A DNA stretch of 64,000 nucleotides, taken from Paraphysomonas bandaiensis (lineage: Eukaryota; Protista; Chrysophyceae). Position numbers and translations under genes: made by a program. Under the pieces are notes generated by a model that made no database searches, was not told where the DNA came from, and saw nothing but the letters and a program-made list of their open reading frames with translations. Positions 26,682-37,042 of this stretch are shown piece after piece. How positions within the stretch are numbered: position 1 is the stretch's first letter; each line of letters begins with the position of its first letter. The DNA is taken from the NCBI GenBank assembly GCA_965644295.1, contig CBFFRP010000035.1:228122-292121 (forward strand), read 5' to 3'.

Positions 26682-27683
26682 ATGGAGTCCATTAAGAGAG
26701 CTGAGCGCATTCGAGATAGAATTAGAGAGCGAAAAGTAGCTCGTAGTAACGGATCTGCGGATGAGACATTGCCCGCGAGCTACTTCATGCAAGTGTCCAA
26801 TTTTGTGACCAGTGATGATCCCGTCGGTGGAACATTGACCACAGTGCCTGATAAATTTACAGTGCTATGGAGGTGGGGCACACTGAGACTCTTCAACGGT
26901 GTAGTCATACGTTTATATAGACTACTCGCTGAGAACCAGAGGGCTTTACTCCGGTCCGATGGGGGAGATGGTACAGCTGTTGGAAAGCTATGGGGAGCTT
27001 CACTACTTCTCCCTTACATATTATCTGCCTCACGTTCTCTGTCTGGATTTTTGATGCTACATAATTGGATAGAAGGCAAATGCGTGGCTGAATTGGGAGC
27101 GGGATGGGGCGGAGCACCCGGTGTAGCCTCCTACTTAGTAGGAGCTTCTCGGGTACTACTTACTGATGGAGAAGAAGGAATGGTACAGTGTTTAGTTGTC
27201 AATGCTGCCTCTGCAATGTTGCACAGAAGACCAGATTTCACTATTTCTGCCGAAAACTCTCTCTCTAGTTTTGAAGTGAGTGCTCATATTCTTCGATGGG
27301 GCAATCAGGCAGATGCAGAGAATATCTTGTCCTTATCTTCTTTAAAATCATGTGATGTGGCTGTCATCGGTGATTGCGTGTATGATACAACTTCTGTTGC
27401 TTCTTTAGTGGAGACTGTATCTGTACACCTGTCTTGTCCTAGAGTAGTGTTGTGTTGGGAGACTCGAATTCATAGACTGGATGCAGAAGAGGACTTAAAA
27501 AACCTATTTTGCGCAGCGAATTACCATACTGTGCTGTACTCCCGACATATACTAGATGACCTGATGGTCTCATCTGACGTCGATGCAGAGGTGTGTTCCG
27601 AAATACGAAATCACCTAGATAATACTAGTGGCGATCTTAATTTTCTACTTCTTGAAAAAATTGAACGTGGTGACAAAGTCTGA
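26682..27683 (+). CDS. Methyltransferase family 16 (METTL21-like lysine methyltransferase)
   Basis: GKLWGASLLL, VAELGAGWG, LLTDG, LRWG, IGDCVYD. Confidence 0.75.
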   Translation: MESIKRAERIRDRIRERKVARSNGSADETLPASYFMQVSNFVTSDDPVGGTLTTVPDKFTVLWRWGTLRLFNGVVIRLYRLLAENQRALLRSDGGDGTAVGKLWGASLLLPYILSASRSLSGFLMLHNWIEGKCVAELGAGWGGAPGVASYLVGASRVLLTDGEEGMVQCLVVNAASAMLHRRPDFTISAENSLSSFEVSAHILRWGNQADAENILSLSSLKSCDVAVIGDCVYDTTSVASLVETVSVHLSCPRVVLCWETRIHRLDAEEDLKNLFCAANYHTVLYSRHILDDLMVSSDVDAEVCSEIRNHLDNTSGDLNFLLLEKIERGDKV

Positions 27684-28951
27684 CAGTAATTATATTGTTA
27701 TGGCATGAACATTCCCAATCACTTATCGTTGATATACTGTTATTTCCCATGCGCTTTGTCTGAATGCTTTTAGTCTGTAATATATATGTGATAACAAAGT
27801 ATCAAAATAGTTACTTGATTGGAGTATGTGATATTGTATTGCTAATGTATAAATTCCCTTTATTTGACCTATGCTTAGAAATTATCCTGTAAAAACAACA
27901 ATAATTACATTAGCAGAGCTTGAAATTGTGAATTTAGTTTTAGCTTACGGAGATTGCTCTCTAGCCATCACTTCACCAAGAAGAGTAATCGGAATGCTGT
28001 CCTTTTATAGGTCCTGTTATACACGTTTGATGTGTGAATGCTCCAGATGCTCACTAAAGAACTAACGCGAACTGGAAAATCAGTAAGAAAGTATGCCAAA
28101 GGAGACTTAAGGATGTTTCAACAAAGAAAGTCCAAACTTTAAGACCTCTAAACAACATGGAAAAGAACTTCATTCCGAAATCGATTCCGAAGCATCAACA
28201 CTGATCATAAACTGTGTGAGCCACATCCCGACCAATACGAGCCTTTCTGTCTGCGCTTGAAATTGCTCTAGACCAAGACATGTATGACAAAGATAGAGAG
28301 TCAGTTCGAAGTGTTGTCGATAATGGCTGTGATTCCCACAAGGTCATCAAGATACTGGGGCAAGTTAGTATCATAGAGATATGATATCGCAGATATGATA
28401 TATTAGATTATTGTGCTTCATAGAGATGTGACTGTAAAGGCATTCAACTTCATTTGACAAGTTTGCGGTGCTCTATTTCGTCAACAATACAAAGTCAAAA
28501 TGGTCCTCCTGTTGTAATGTCTTTACTCAGTTCTTGAACACGGATATCTTCAATCTGAACTGCCTCTCAACATATCACCCGTCCAACTGAAATAACATGT
28601 TGTTTATAAGGGTATTCCCCATTCCTTCTCTTGAACTCTAATACCGTAAAAAACGCATTCATACTCACAAGCCAGTTCAATATGACCCTGTCGTGTTTGA
28701 TATTAACATACTTAACATTCTCGACAAAGTTCAGCCCATCATACGAACCGTCCATATCAGATACGTCTTCATCGCTGTCACTGTCAACATCCTGAACATT
28801 CAAGCCCCTAGTCAACGTCATAATCAGTTATAATATGTGTTTACGTTAACTACATTGGTCTTCTATACAACGAGCTTCCAAGAGTACATTGTGGACACGC
28901 TGTTTTTTTTTGTAGTATTTTTTTGTGTCTGCCTGTACGACGAACAGCAGT

Positions 28952-29307
28952 CGTAGAGCTAAATGATGATTCGGTATAGAAGTCTTCGAGTGATGGAAAT
29001 GAAAGTCAACGTGCACATTCGTTTTTGTTACAGTGATTATGTTTTCAGTCATTGTACATGTGTGACTCTGTAGGATACGAGTGAGAGTGTACAGTAGAAC
29101 ATGATCAGCTGTAGTATTATTGTGTTGTAGGGAGACACCATAATTTCCTATCACTAACGATTTCTGTAGTATTTGCAAAGAGACTTGTCTTTTGCCTACC
29201 TGTAGTGTAGTTTGAACGGAGGACAACGGGCGCACTGGATCCGTTAGTGTTTGATTGATCTGTAGTATCAGTGTTGTATTTTCGATCCAAGTACGTATTT
29301 CTCTACG
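28952..29307 (+). repeat. 5' LTR (CGTAGAG...CTCTACG)
   Basis: Direct repeat of 35212-35567; 7-bp terminal inverted repeat. Confidence 0.95.
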
Positions 29308-29322
29308 TGATAGGAAATTATG
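29308..29322 (+). promoter_or_regulatory. Putative self-priming primer-binding site TGATAGGAAATTATG
   Basis: Exact reverse complement of LTR-internal CATAATTTCCTATCA (29139-29153); no TGG-type tRNA PBS present. Confidence 0.75.
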
Positions 29323-32277
29323 AAGAAGTCGAGCAACGAGAAGCTCAAGAAGTTTAGGAACAAGGCGTTGGACCAGCGGTCCAGGGGCCAAGGGGCAGAG
29401 GCATTGACCCCAACGGTGCCGATTCTGAAGTATGGGACGAACACCAACCTGGCGGTATTTAAGCAGAAGCTCACAGTGGCCGCCATGATGCTATTTGGTG
29501 ACCTAGCGAGGCTCGTGGAGACCGATGAGTATTATGAACCACCCAAGATAAAGATTGAGGACTACGATCTCGACAATGACCCCCACGGTCTGAACCTGGA
29601 AGAACTTAAGGATGCGAGAAAGACACGCCAAAGGAAGATTGACCAAATGCGTGACAACCGATCAGCTTTCTATGCGTTCATGTATGACAGACTGAGCAAC
29701 GAGTCCGTGGACGCGATTAAGCAATTGGAGGAATACGAAGAGATTAACTCCTCCAAGGACCCTCTACTGTTGTGGCTTGCTATCAAGCAGACTCACAAAA
29801 CAGCGACGAACTCCAATGTAGGGACCATCATGCGTGCAGAGACGAGAAAGAAGTACCAAGACGTGCGTCAGGGTCCATTTGAGAGTATAGTGGCCTATAA
29901 GGAGCGTTTCGATTTTCTTTTGGAAGCGTACAATGATATGGAGAATCCGAAGATGGAAGAAGAAGATATTGCTATGGACTTCTTCAGGGGTCTGGACGAC
30001 ACCAGATATGAGGAGTTTAAGACCAGTTTTATGAATGACTTAATGATGGGTACACAGAAGCCACCCAAGCACGTGAACGAGATCTACACTAAAGCTTCGA
30101 AGTATATCACCCCGAAGAGAGGAGCGAAACCTAATGGTGGTGTTGCGTTTGTGAGCAGGAAGGACACCTCGACTAAACAACAGCGTCGCACAGGTGATGC
30201 TGATGACAAGACGAAGTCGAATGGGACCGACGAGTCGAAAGGAAGCGTGCGAAAGCATAGAGGCCCTATTGTATGTTGGGGTTGTGGAAAGACTGGACAC
30301 AAGCTAAACCAGTGTCAAGAGAACGTCGAACCAGAGGAGAAACAATGCTCAGTGACTATGCAGAATGCGTTCACATCGGGAGGAGAGCGTTTCGAATGGT
30401 ACGAAGTTCTACTAGACAATCAGGCGGATGTGTCCGTTGTGCACCCGTGGCTACTGACAGATGTGAGACCTGCCGATCGTAAGTGTAAAGTAGCTGGCTT
30501 GTCTGGTCACGCAGTAGAACTACCCAATGTGGGAGAGCTGCCACAATTCTTCACATGTAAAACCGCCGACAACCTACGAGTCAGTGTGTTGTGCCAAGCT
30601 GATGTGGAAGATCTGTACCCTATTGTGTACGAGCCAGGAGTGTCATACACGGTGTGTCTACCTAATAGAGAGCTAGTGTTCTACAGACGGAACAAAATGT
30701 ATATAGCTGATATGAGGGATTGGGTGACACAAGGCAGGGTAAATATTACGACAACAAGAATGAAAGAACAAGAATACACTAAAAGCGAAGTGATGAGAGC
30801 TCGAAGGGCGCTGGAACTTGTACGGAACGCGGGTTTCGACTCAGAGCAGGGAGCCATGAACCTTGTGAGCGACGGAAATGTAACAGACGTGCCGTTGACG
30901 GCGCAAGACGTGAGGCGAGCTTTCGACATATACGGGAAGCCTTATGAAGCGGTTAGGGGGAAGACCACTAAACGTAAGAGCGGTAGGCAGTACATGGACG
31001 TGGGGATCAAAGCAGATCAGGCCAAGCCGCAACGTTTGTATACCGATATATTCAGTGTGAGAAAACAACCGTTCCTGATAACACTGTCCGAGCCACTGGG
31101 GTTGACTCTTGTATCTCCGGTAGCTAGTGAGAGGACTGATGATCTAGGTCTAGCTTTTCAGGAGCAAGTATCTCTACTAAGAAGTCATGGTTTCGCACCA
31201 ACTGTAGCCTATCTGGATCCGCAGCCTGGTTTCCAACCCCTCAGAGGACAGATTACAGGGGTGGAAGTGGATGTGTGTGGAGCAGGGGATCACATGGACA
31301 AGGTAGATCACAAGATCCGGAGACTGAAAGAGACTATTAGATCTGTGCAGGCAGGATTACCCTGGTCACTGCCTGATAACATGGTCAGAGATCTGGTGAA
31401 GTACTCAAACAGTCGCCTAAATATCAGAAGGCCGTCTACAGGCACATCCATAGTAGCGCCACGAGTAGCGTTCACAGGGAGGAAGCCTAACTACCGAAAG
31501 GAACTAGAGCTAGCATTTGGTGACTACGTGGAGTGCTACAACCCAAAGGTGCGAAGCAACGATGCCGAGCAAAGTCGCACTGAGCCGTGTATTGCATTGT
31601 ACCCTACTGGAAATGCCAACGGTAGCTGGTTTTTCATGAATGTGAAGACACACAAGCGAGTGAGAAGGACACACTGGGTGAAAATGAAGACAACGCAGCT
31701 CATAATTGATGCGATAAATCAGATGGCGAAGATGGGTGATACGACTAGGAAGAGTCAGATTCCGAACCCACTCCTACAGACGATAGAAGCAGAAGAGCAG
31801 CAGAAAGGCGAAGACATGAAGGAGAGTACGCCAGAGGACGTTAAACAGACTCCAGTTGCGGAAACAATAGTGGAAGATGTATCTACTACTGTGGTTGATG
31901 TAGAGCATAGCGGAAACCCACTAGGTCATGACGGTGATAATGAAGGTGAAGTGCCAGAACTTGTCGATGAGGAGCTGGATGACGATGTACCAACTATAAA
32001 GTCCGGCAGCAGCATTACAAGCAGTGACGAGACAGGCGTTGAGAACGACAGGTCGCCGGATGCGAAGTCGAAACCAGTAGAGTACAGGGCCTTTCACACG
32101 AGTGCGATGAAGGGATTGCGTGAGTATGGTCCACCGGCATATAACGCTATCATATCGGAGCTGAAACAACTTTTGCATGACAAGAAGGCTATGCGTCCAG
32201 TACACCGCAAAGAATTATCGGCAACACAGTTGAAGAGAGCTATTCGATCTCTGATGTTTCTCAAGACTAAGTATGAT
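29320..32277 (+). CDS. Copia gag-pol, 5' part (Gag CCHC, protease, integrase, start of RT)
   Basis: CWGCGKTGHKLNQC zinc knuckle; LLDNQA protease; integrase YTDIF...LDPQPGF...VDHKIRRLKE; the frame continues after the insertion as FLKTKYD|GLGRFEKIKARLVANG. Confidence 0.92.
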
Positions 32278-33785
32278 GTAGTGAATGTCTGATTATTTAG
32301 CAATAGGCGTTGAGACCTTGCATCAATTAGTGGCTAGAAGAATGCTAGTCATACTAGTTAGACCACTACCCGTAACTAATCAATACAAACTCTTTTATCC
32401 TACTATTTAACGCTACGAAAGCTGCTTGTGCGTCGCCGCAAGCACCAAGGTGCAACCACTTCCGTTCTTTTTGTGTGATATGAAATTCGCCTTTATCGTG
32501 TGTCCGTGGACTCACCGGCGCTTTTGATCTGGGGGTCTCCCTTTGGGATGGGTCTCCATTGGTTTTGGAGGGGGCTCAGCATTCTGAATTAGGGTCCTGA
32601 GTGCACCTAGGTCCGATTTGCTGGGTCCGTCACCGCTGTTATCGGAGGAGAATTCCTTCCCCTGAAGGGCGTGGGAGGGATGGTTGATGGACCTGGCACG
32701 GTGGACTCCTTGCATTCCCTTGGAATGACATTGCAACACATTTTGGAGACGCATGATGACAAGGTCAGGAATTCTCTCGAGTAGCGCGTGTAGTTCCAAC
32801 TCCACCGGGTATTTGGTGTCCAGGAAGAAGTGATCGTTGGAGCAAAACACATCATAAGATGGAAGGAATTGAGTTTGTGGAAGGAAGGAGGAATGGTGGG
32901 TGGACCAGTACGCCCAGTAAGGGAGAGGCGATAGTTTGTCCGGGGGTTTTCTAGGAGGAGGTAGAGTGTACTGTGTGTGTGTATGACACTGCAGTGGTGT
33001 TATGAGTGTGTTGGACAGAGAGAGAGAGCTGGTGATGTGTCCAACAGTACCGGTATACAGGTACATGGACATGGTGATGTGTCCAACAGTACAGGTATAC
33101 AGGTACATGGACATGGTGATGTGTCCAACAGCAGTAGAGGTATACACGGAATGGTATACATCCTGTAGGACACAGTAGTACAGTAGTCGAGTAAACCGTA
33201 TGCGGAATACAGTGTCTATCCAATGAGATGGATGGGCTGTGGGGGTGATAGGTGAACAGGGTGAGGGGGTAGCCTGCTGGGTGGATGGACCACAGACAAA
33301 CCATGTTGGGTTGGGCTGAGTGGGCGGCAGAAGGCAGCCCTGTTGCACAGTTGAGAGGGATCGAGAGTATTCAGTGATTGCATAGGGGGTCCATGGGGGT
33401 CGTTTTCGTGAGCCTGCTCGCACGAGCCATGTTCTGAGAGGTTGTAGCCGTAGAAAGCGATGGGTGAGACGAAGTTGTCTGCTGAGGGGATAGCACGTAG
33501 GTGCGGTCAGCGCTGCATTGGTGCAGGCACGTGGTTTAACTGAAGTAGTTGAGTAGGGTGAAGGTTGCAAGGCCAGGCAGGGGGGCTTGGAGCGTGTACA
33601 ACATGGTGTGACAGGTAATTTGTCGGAAGCGTGGTGGTCAACAAAATGCAGCAGTAAGGGAGTGTAAAAGGCCCTGGGCACACTGATGTGACTCAGCCAC
33701 AGTCTCAATAGAGACATTGGGCTTGGAGCTGGTTAATAGAGTGAAACTTTATGTTGGACTGTATTTGCCATCGTAGGGCAGAGAA
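32278..33785 (-). mobile_element. Non-LTR retroelement (family B), 1.5 kb, inserted in the Copia RT
   Basis: TSD TAAGTATGAT(G) at 32268-32277 / 33786-33795; 3' tail ...gacattcactac shared with the other copies; carries a 401-codon ORF. Confidence 0.9.
32512..33717 (-). CDS. Family-B element ORF of unknown function, ending ...HPKGRPPDQKRR
   Basis: 401 open codons; the C-terminus is conserved at protein level with the 6440-6545 copy; frame-preserving 42-bp tandem repeat; no RT or endonuclease motif recognised. Confidence 0.5.
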   Translation of the reverse strand: MSLLRLWLSHISVPRAFYTPLLLHFVDHHASDKLPVTPCCTRSKPPCLALQPSPYSTTSVKPRACTNAALTAPTCYPLSRQLRLTHRFLRLQPLRTWLVRAGSRKRPPWTPYAITEYSRSLSTVQQGCLLPPTQPNPTWFVCGPSTQQATPSPCSPITPTAHPSHWIDTVFRIRFTRLLYYCVLQDVYHSVYTSTAVGHITMSMYLYTCTVGHITMSMYLYTGTVGHITSSLSLSNTLITPLQCHTHTQYTLPPPRKPPDKLSPLPYWAYWSTHHSSFLPQTQFLPSYDVFCSNDHFFLDTKYPVELELHALLERIPDLVIMRLQNVLQCHSKGMQGVHRARSINHPSHALQGKEFSSDNSGDGPSKSDLGALRTLIQNAEPPPKPMETHPKGRPPDQKRR

Positions 33786-33795
33786 TAAGTATGAT

Positions 33796-35226
33796 GGCTT
33801 AGGGCGCTTCGAAAAGATAAAAGCAAGACTGGTAGCTAATGGCGCACAACAAGATAGGAAGGTGTACGTAGACACATCGTCACCGACAGCAGCGATGCAG
33901 TCGATTATGATGTGCCTGGCGATAGCTGCTAAAGAGGGACGTCACATAGGTATCATGGATATAGGAGGCGCTTACCTGAACGCCGAGATGTCTGGCGAAG
34001 AAGTCATAATGGAACTAGAGCCAATGTTAACAACGATATTGAAGAAAGTGGCTCCTGAAGTATCACCGTATGTTGATGAGACTGGTAAACTACTAGTGCG
34101 GCTGGACAAGGCGCTATACGGTTGCATCCAGAGTGCAAAACTCTGGTACAACACGCTTACAGGATATTTGAGAAGTTTGGGATTCGAGCACAACGCGGTC
34201 GACCCATGTGTAATGAACAAAGTAGCTGGCGGGCGAAAGTGTACAGTGGTGATATTTGTGGATGACATACTGGTCATGTCAAGCCATAAGGGCGACTACC
34301 TAGAGTTGCTTAAGAAACTGAAAGAGAAGTTTGGGGATGTAAAGCACGACGATGGGAAAGATCTGTCATATCTCGGAATGCACATTAGAGCAGAGGGAGA
34401 TAAGGTGACAGTGTCCATGAGATCGTACATCGAGAATTTTCTACGAGAACACGGAGTGACAGGAACTGCTACATCACCTGCTACAGCTACTCTATTTAAG
34501 AACACCATGGACAAACCCACTAGTAAGAGTGATAGAAGGAAGTTTCACAAGATGGTGGCTCAGTTGCTGTACCTGGCCAAAAGGGTTAGACCAGACATAC
34601 TGCTTGCAGTCGCTTACCTTAGCACGAGAGTCAAGAATCCGACGCATGCTGACATGGAGAAGCTTGGCAGGGTGACCCGCTACCTGAACGCGACTAAGGG
34701 ACAGGACTTGTTGCTGTGCATTGGAAAGAATCTTACCATTACTGGATACGTCGATGCGGCATTTGGGACTCATGACGATGGAAAGGGTCATTCGGGTCTG
34801 GTCGTAAAGGTGGGGGATGCAACAGTACTCTGCAAATCGTCGAAACAGCGCATTGTGACACGTGACTCGACGGAATCAGAGTTGGTAGGTCTATCAGATA
34901 TGTTAATGATGATTGTGCAATGTGCAGAATTCATAAAGGAACAAGGATACAGTATTGACGCACCTAGAGTGTTGCAAGACAATACCTCGACTCTATCTCT
35001 TGTAACGAAAGGCGGAGGCAAATATCGTACAAAATACCTGCGTGTGAGGCGTGAATTCATCAAGGAAAGGGCAGATGAAGGAAGCATTCAATTGGAGTAC
35101 TTGCCCACAAAGATGATGCTGGCTGATGCATTGACGAAGCCCCTCCAAGGTACTCTGTACAAGTTTATGACATGTGGTATCGTGGGAAACAATACACATG
35201 CCACAGGGGTGCGTAGAGCTAAATGA
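33796..35226 (+). CDS. Copia pol, 3' part (RT + RNase H)
   Basis: KARLVANG, MDIGGAYLNA, KALYG, IFVDD, YLGM, YVDAAF, STESELV, QDN, ADALTK; the stop lies inside the 3' LTR. Confidence 0.93.
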   Translation, partial: GLGRFEKIKARLVANGAQQDRKVYVDTSSPTAAMQSIMMCLAIAAKEGRHIGIMDIGGAYLNAEMSGEEVIMELEPMLTTILKKVAPEVSPYVDETGKLLVRLDKALYGCIQSAKLWYNTLTGYLRSLGFEHNAVDPCVMNKVAGGRKCTVVIFVDDILVMSSHKGDYLELLKKLKEKFGDVKHDDGKDLSYLGMHIRAEGDKVTVSMRSYIENFLREHGVTGTATSPATATLFKNTMDKPTSKSDRRKFHKMVAQLLYLAKRVRPDILLAVAYLSTRVKNPTHADMEKLGRVTRYLNATKGQDLLLCIGKNLTITGYVDAAFGTHDDGKGHSGLVVKVGDATVLCKSSKQRIVTRDSTESELVGLSDMLMMIVQCAEFIKEQGYSIDAPRVLQDNTSTLSLVTKGGGKYRTKYLRVRREFIKERADEGSIQLEYLPTKMMLADALTKPLQGTLYKFMTCGIVGNNTHATGVRRAK

Positions 35227-35567
35227 TGATTCGGTATAGAAGTCTTCGAGTGATGGAAATGAAAGTCAACGTGCACATTCGTTTTTGTTACAGTGATTAT
35301 GTTTTCAGTCATTGTACATGTGTGACTCTGTAGGATACGAGTGAGAGTGTACAGTAGAACATGATCAGCTGTAGTATTATTGTGTTGTAGGGAGACACCA
35401 TAATTTCCTATCACTAACGATTTCTGTAGTATTTGCAAAGAGACTTGTCTTTTGCCTACCTGTAGTGTAGTTTGAACGGAGGACAACGGGCGCACTGGAT
35501 CCGTGAGTGTTTGATTGATCTGTAGTATCAGTGTTGTATTTTCGATCCAAGTACGTATTTCTCTACG
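35212..35567 (+). repeat. 3' LTR
   Basis: Matches the 5' LTR; preceded by a short purine-rich ACAGGGGTG and followed by TSD GCAGT. Confidence 0.95.
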
Positions 35568-35574
35568 GCAGTAC

Positions 35575-35588
35575 TGTATGTATATATG

Positions 35589-35620
<32 letters not shown>

Positions 35621-35822
35621 TGTATTTTTGTATGTATGTATGTATGTATGTATGTATGTATGTATGTATGTATGTATGTATGTATGTATGTATGTATGTA
35701 TGTATGTATGTATGTATGTATGTATGTATGTATGTATGTATGTATGTATGTATGTATGTATGTATGTATGTATGTATGTATGTATGTATGTATGTATGTA
35801 TGTATGTATGTATGTATGTATA
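35575..35822. repeat. (TATG)n microsatellite
   Basis: Directly visible tetranucleotide array. Confidence 0.98.
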
Positions 35823-35916
35823 TAGTGGCACCTTTCTCTCGGCATATGGCACTTGTTAGTATTTATCATCATAATCGTTCAATTTCCTCTTTTTCAGGGA
35901 CTTTAACTTGCAGACG

Positions 35917-37042
35917 ATGAATCCTTTCCATCGCTTATCAGATGACAACAGAGAACAGGTGCGTCTATAGAGTCCTTCCAGTCGCAGCGTATCGTATCAT
36001 AACATCATCAACATCGTGCAGATCATGAAGTACCTCACATTTTTTCGCGCGAAGAAGGAGAGCATTGTTCGGTCTCTGGCCAATGAGTTTGAAGACTCTA
36101 AGCAAGACAGACTGCACGAAGATGTGTTCTCCAAAGATGACATGATCGACTTCGCTGATATTCTAGAGTCTCAGACCAAGGTTTGAGCTGTAGATGGTGT
36201 ATATCAATGTGTTATCGTCGTATGGTTGTAATTAGGCGCATATTTCCCACGAATTAAGCGTTTTGATTAACATGAGCGCGTTGGCTATCAATGAGCTACT
36301 GGAGACTGCCCAGGAGCAAGGCGCACATGTCACTCTCGATACAACTTCCCTCGAAAATCAAGGCCTTATTGACAGCATTGAAAAGATGAGCGTAGACATG
36401 ATGCCTGCTGCACGAAAAAGAAATGTTGGATTGGTGGGCGATGCTTTCCATACCCGCTCTCTTCAAATGTGTAAACTGGTGTGCGCAGGTGTCTCTCAAA
36501 GATGAGGCGAAGGCGCTACAAAATGAGTCAAAGGCTGTGCGGGAAGAAGCGGAGCGGTTGGAGGAAAGCAATCGTATGCTGCATCAGCGGTTTTCTAACG
36601 TTCAGAACGATGCTAGCATGCTTCTGCGTGAGAAGACCGCTCTCCAGAATGAGGTCGCTGACCTGAAGAGACGACTAGCTGCTGCTGAGAGAGGTAATGA
36701 GAGCAACGCGAAAGGTGGCGCTGATGGTTTCCTCCAAGAGAGGATCGAGAGATTGGAAGAAGAGTTATCTTTAGAGCGGGAGAGTAACCAGAAGCGTGTG
36801 GCAGACACACCGCAATTCCAACAAATGCGCAAGATGATGCAGTCTCAGAACCAGAAGATAAGAGATCTCAGGTGATGTGATTATGTATGAAATACTCGTA
36901 TAGGTTATCTGTGATGAAATAGAACATAAAAGTGTATGGTGTTCGTCTATATGTATCTTGTGCTGACCTGTCATACCGTACTAGACGCCGACTTGACAGG
37001 TACGAGCCAGACAACACCAAGGAAGATGATGATGACTTCTGA
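35917..37042 (+). CDS. LZTFL1: Leucine zipper transcription factor-like 1 (BBS17), 5 exons
   Basis: MNPF...REQ|IMKYLTFFRAKK...FEDSKQDRLHEDVFSKDD...|ELSVLINMSALAINELLETAQ...LDTTSLENQGLIDSI; coiled coil; TPQFQQMRKMMQSQNQKIRDLRRRLDRYEPD. Confidence 0.85.

Larger units (their letters stand above)
28952..35567 (+). mobile_element. Ty1/Copia LTR retrotransposon (CoDi-like), full length, interrupted by a non-LTR insertion
   Basis: 356-bp LTRs 28952-29307 and 35212-35567, one mismatch seen (29245 T vs 35505 G); 5-bp TSD GCAGT; domain order gag-PR-IN-RT-RH. Confidence 0.97.

Noticed and set aside
27870-28830. Decayed coding-like sequence on the minus strand
   Set aside because: Multiple stops and no recognisable family.
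28846-29391. 181-aa antisense ORF across the 5' LTR
   Set aside because: No motifs; it runs out into flanking DNA and recurs only because the LTR is duplicated.
35088-35920. ORFs of YIHT/MYVC repeats (also 40916-41502)
   Set aside because: Translations of the tetranucleotide microsatellites.
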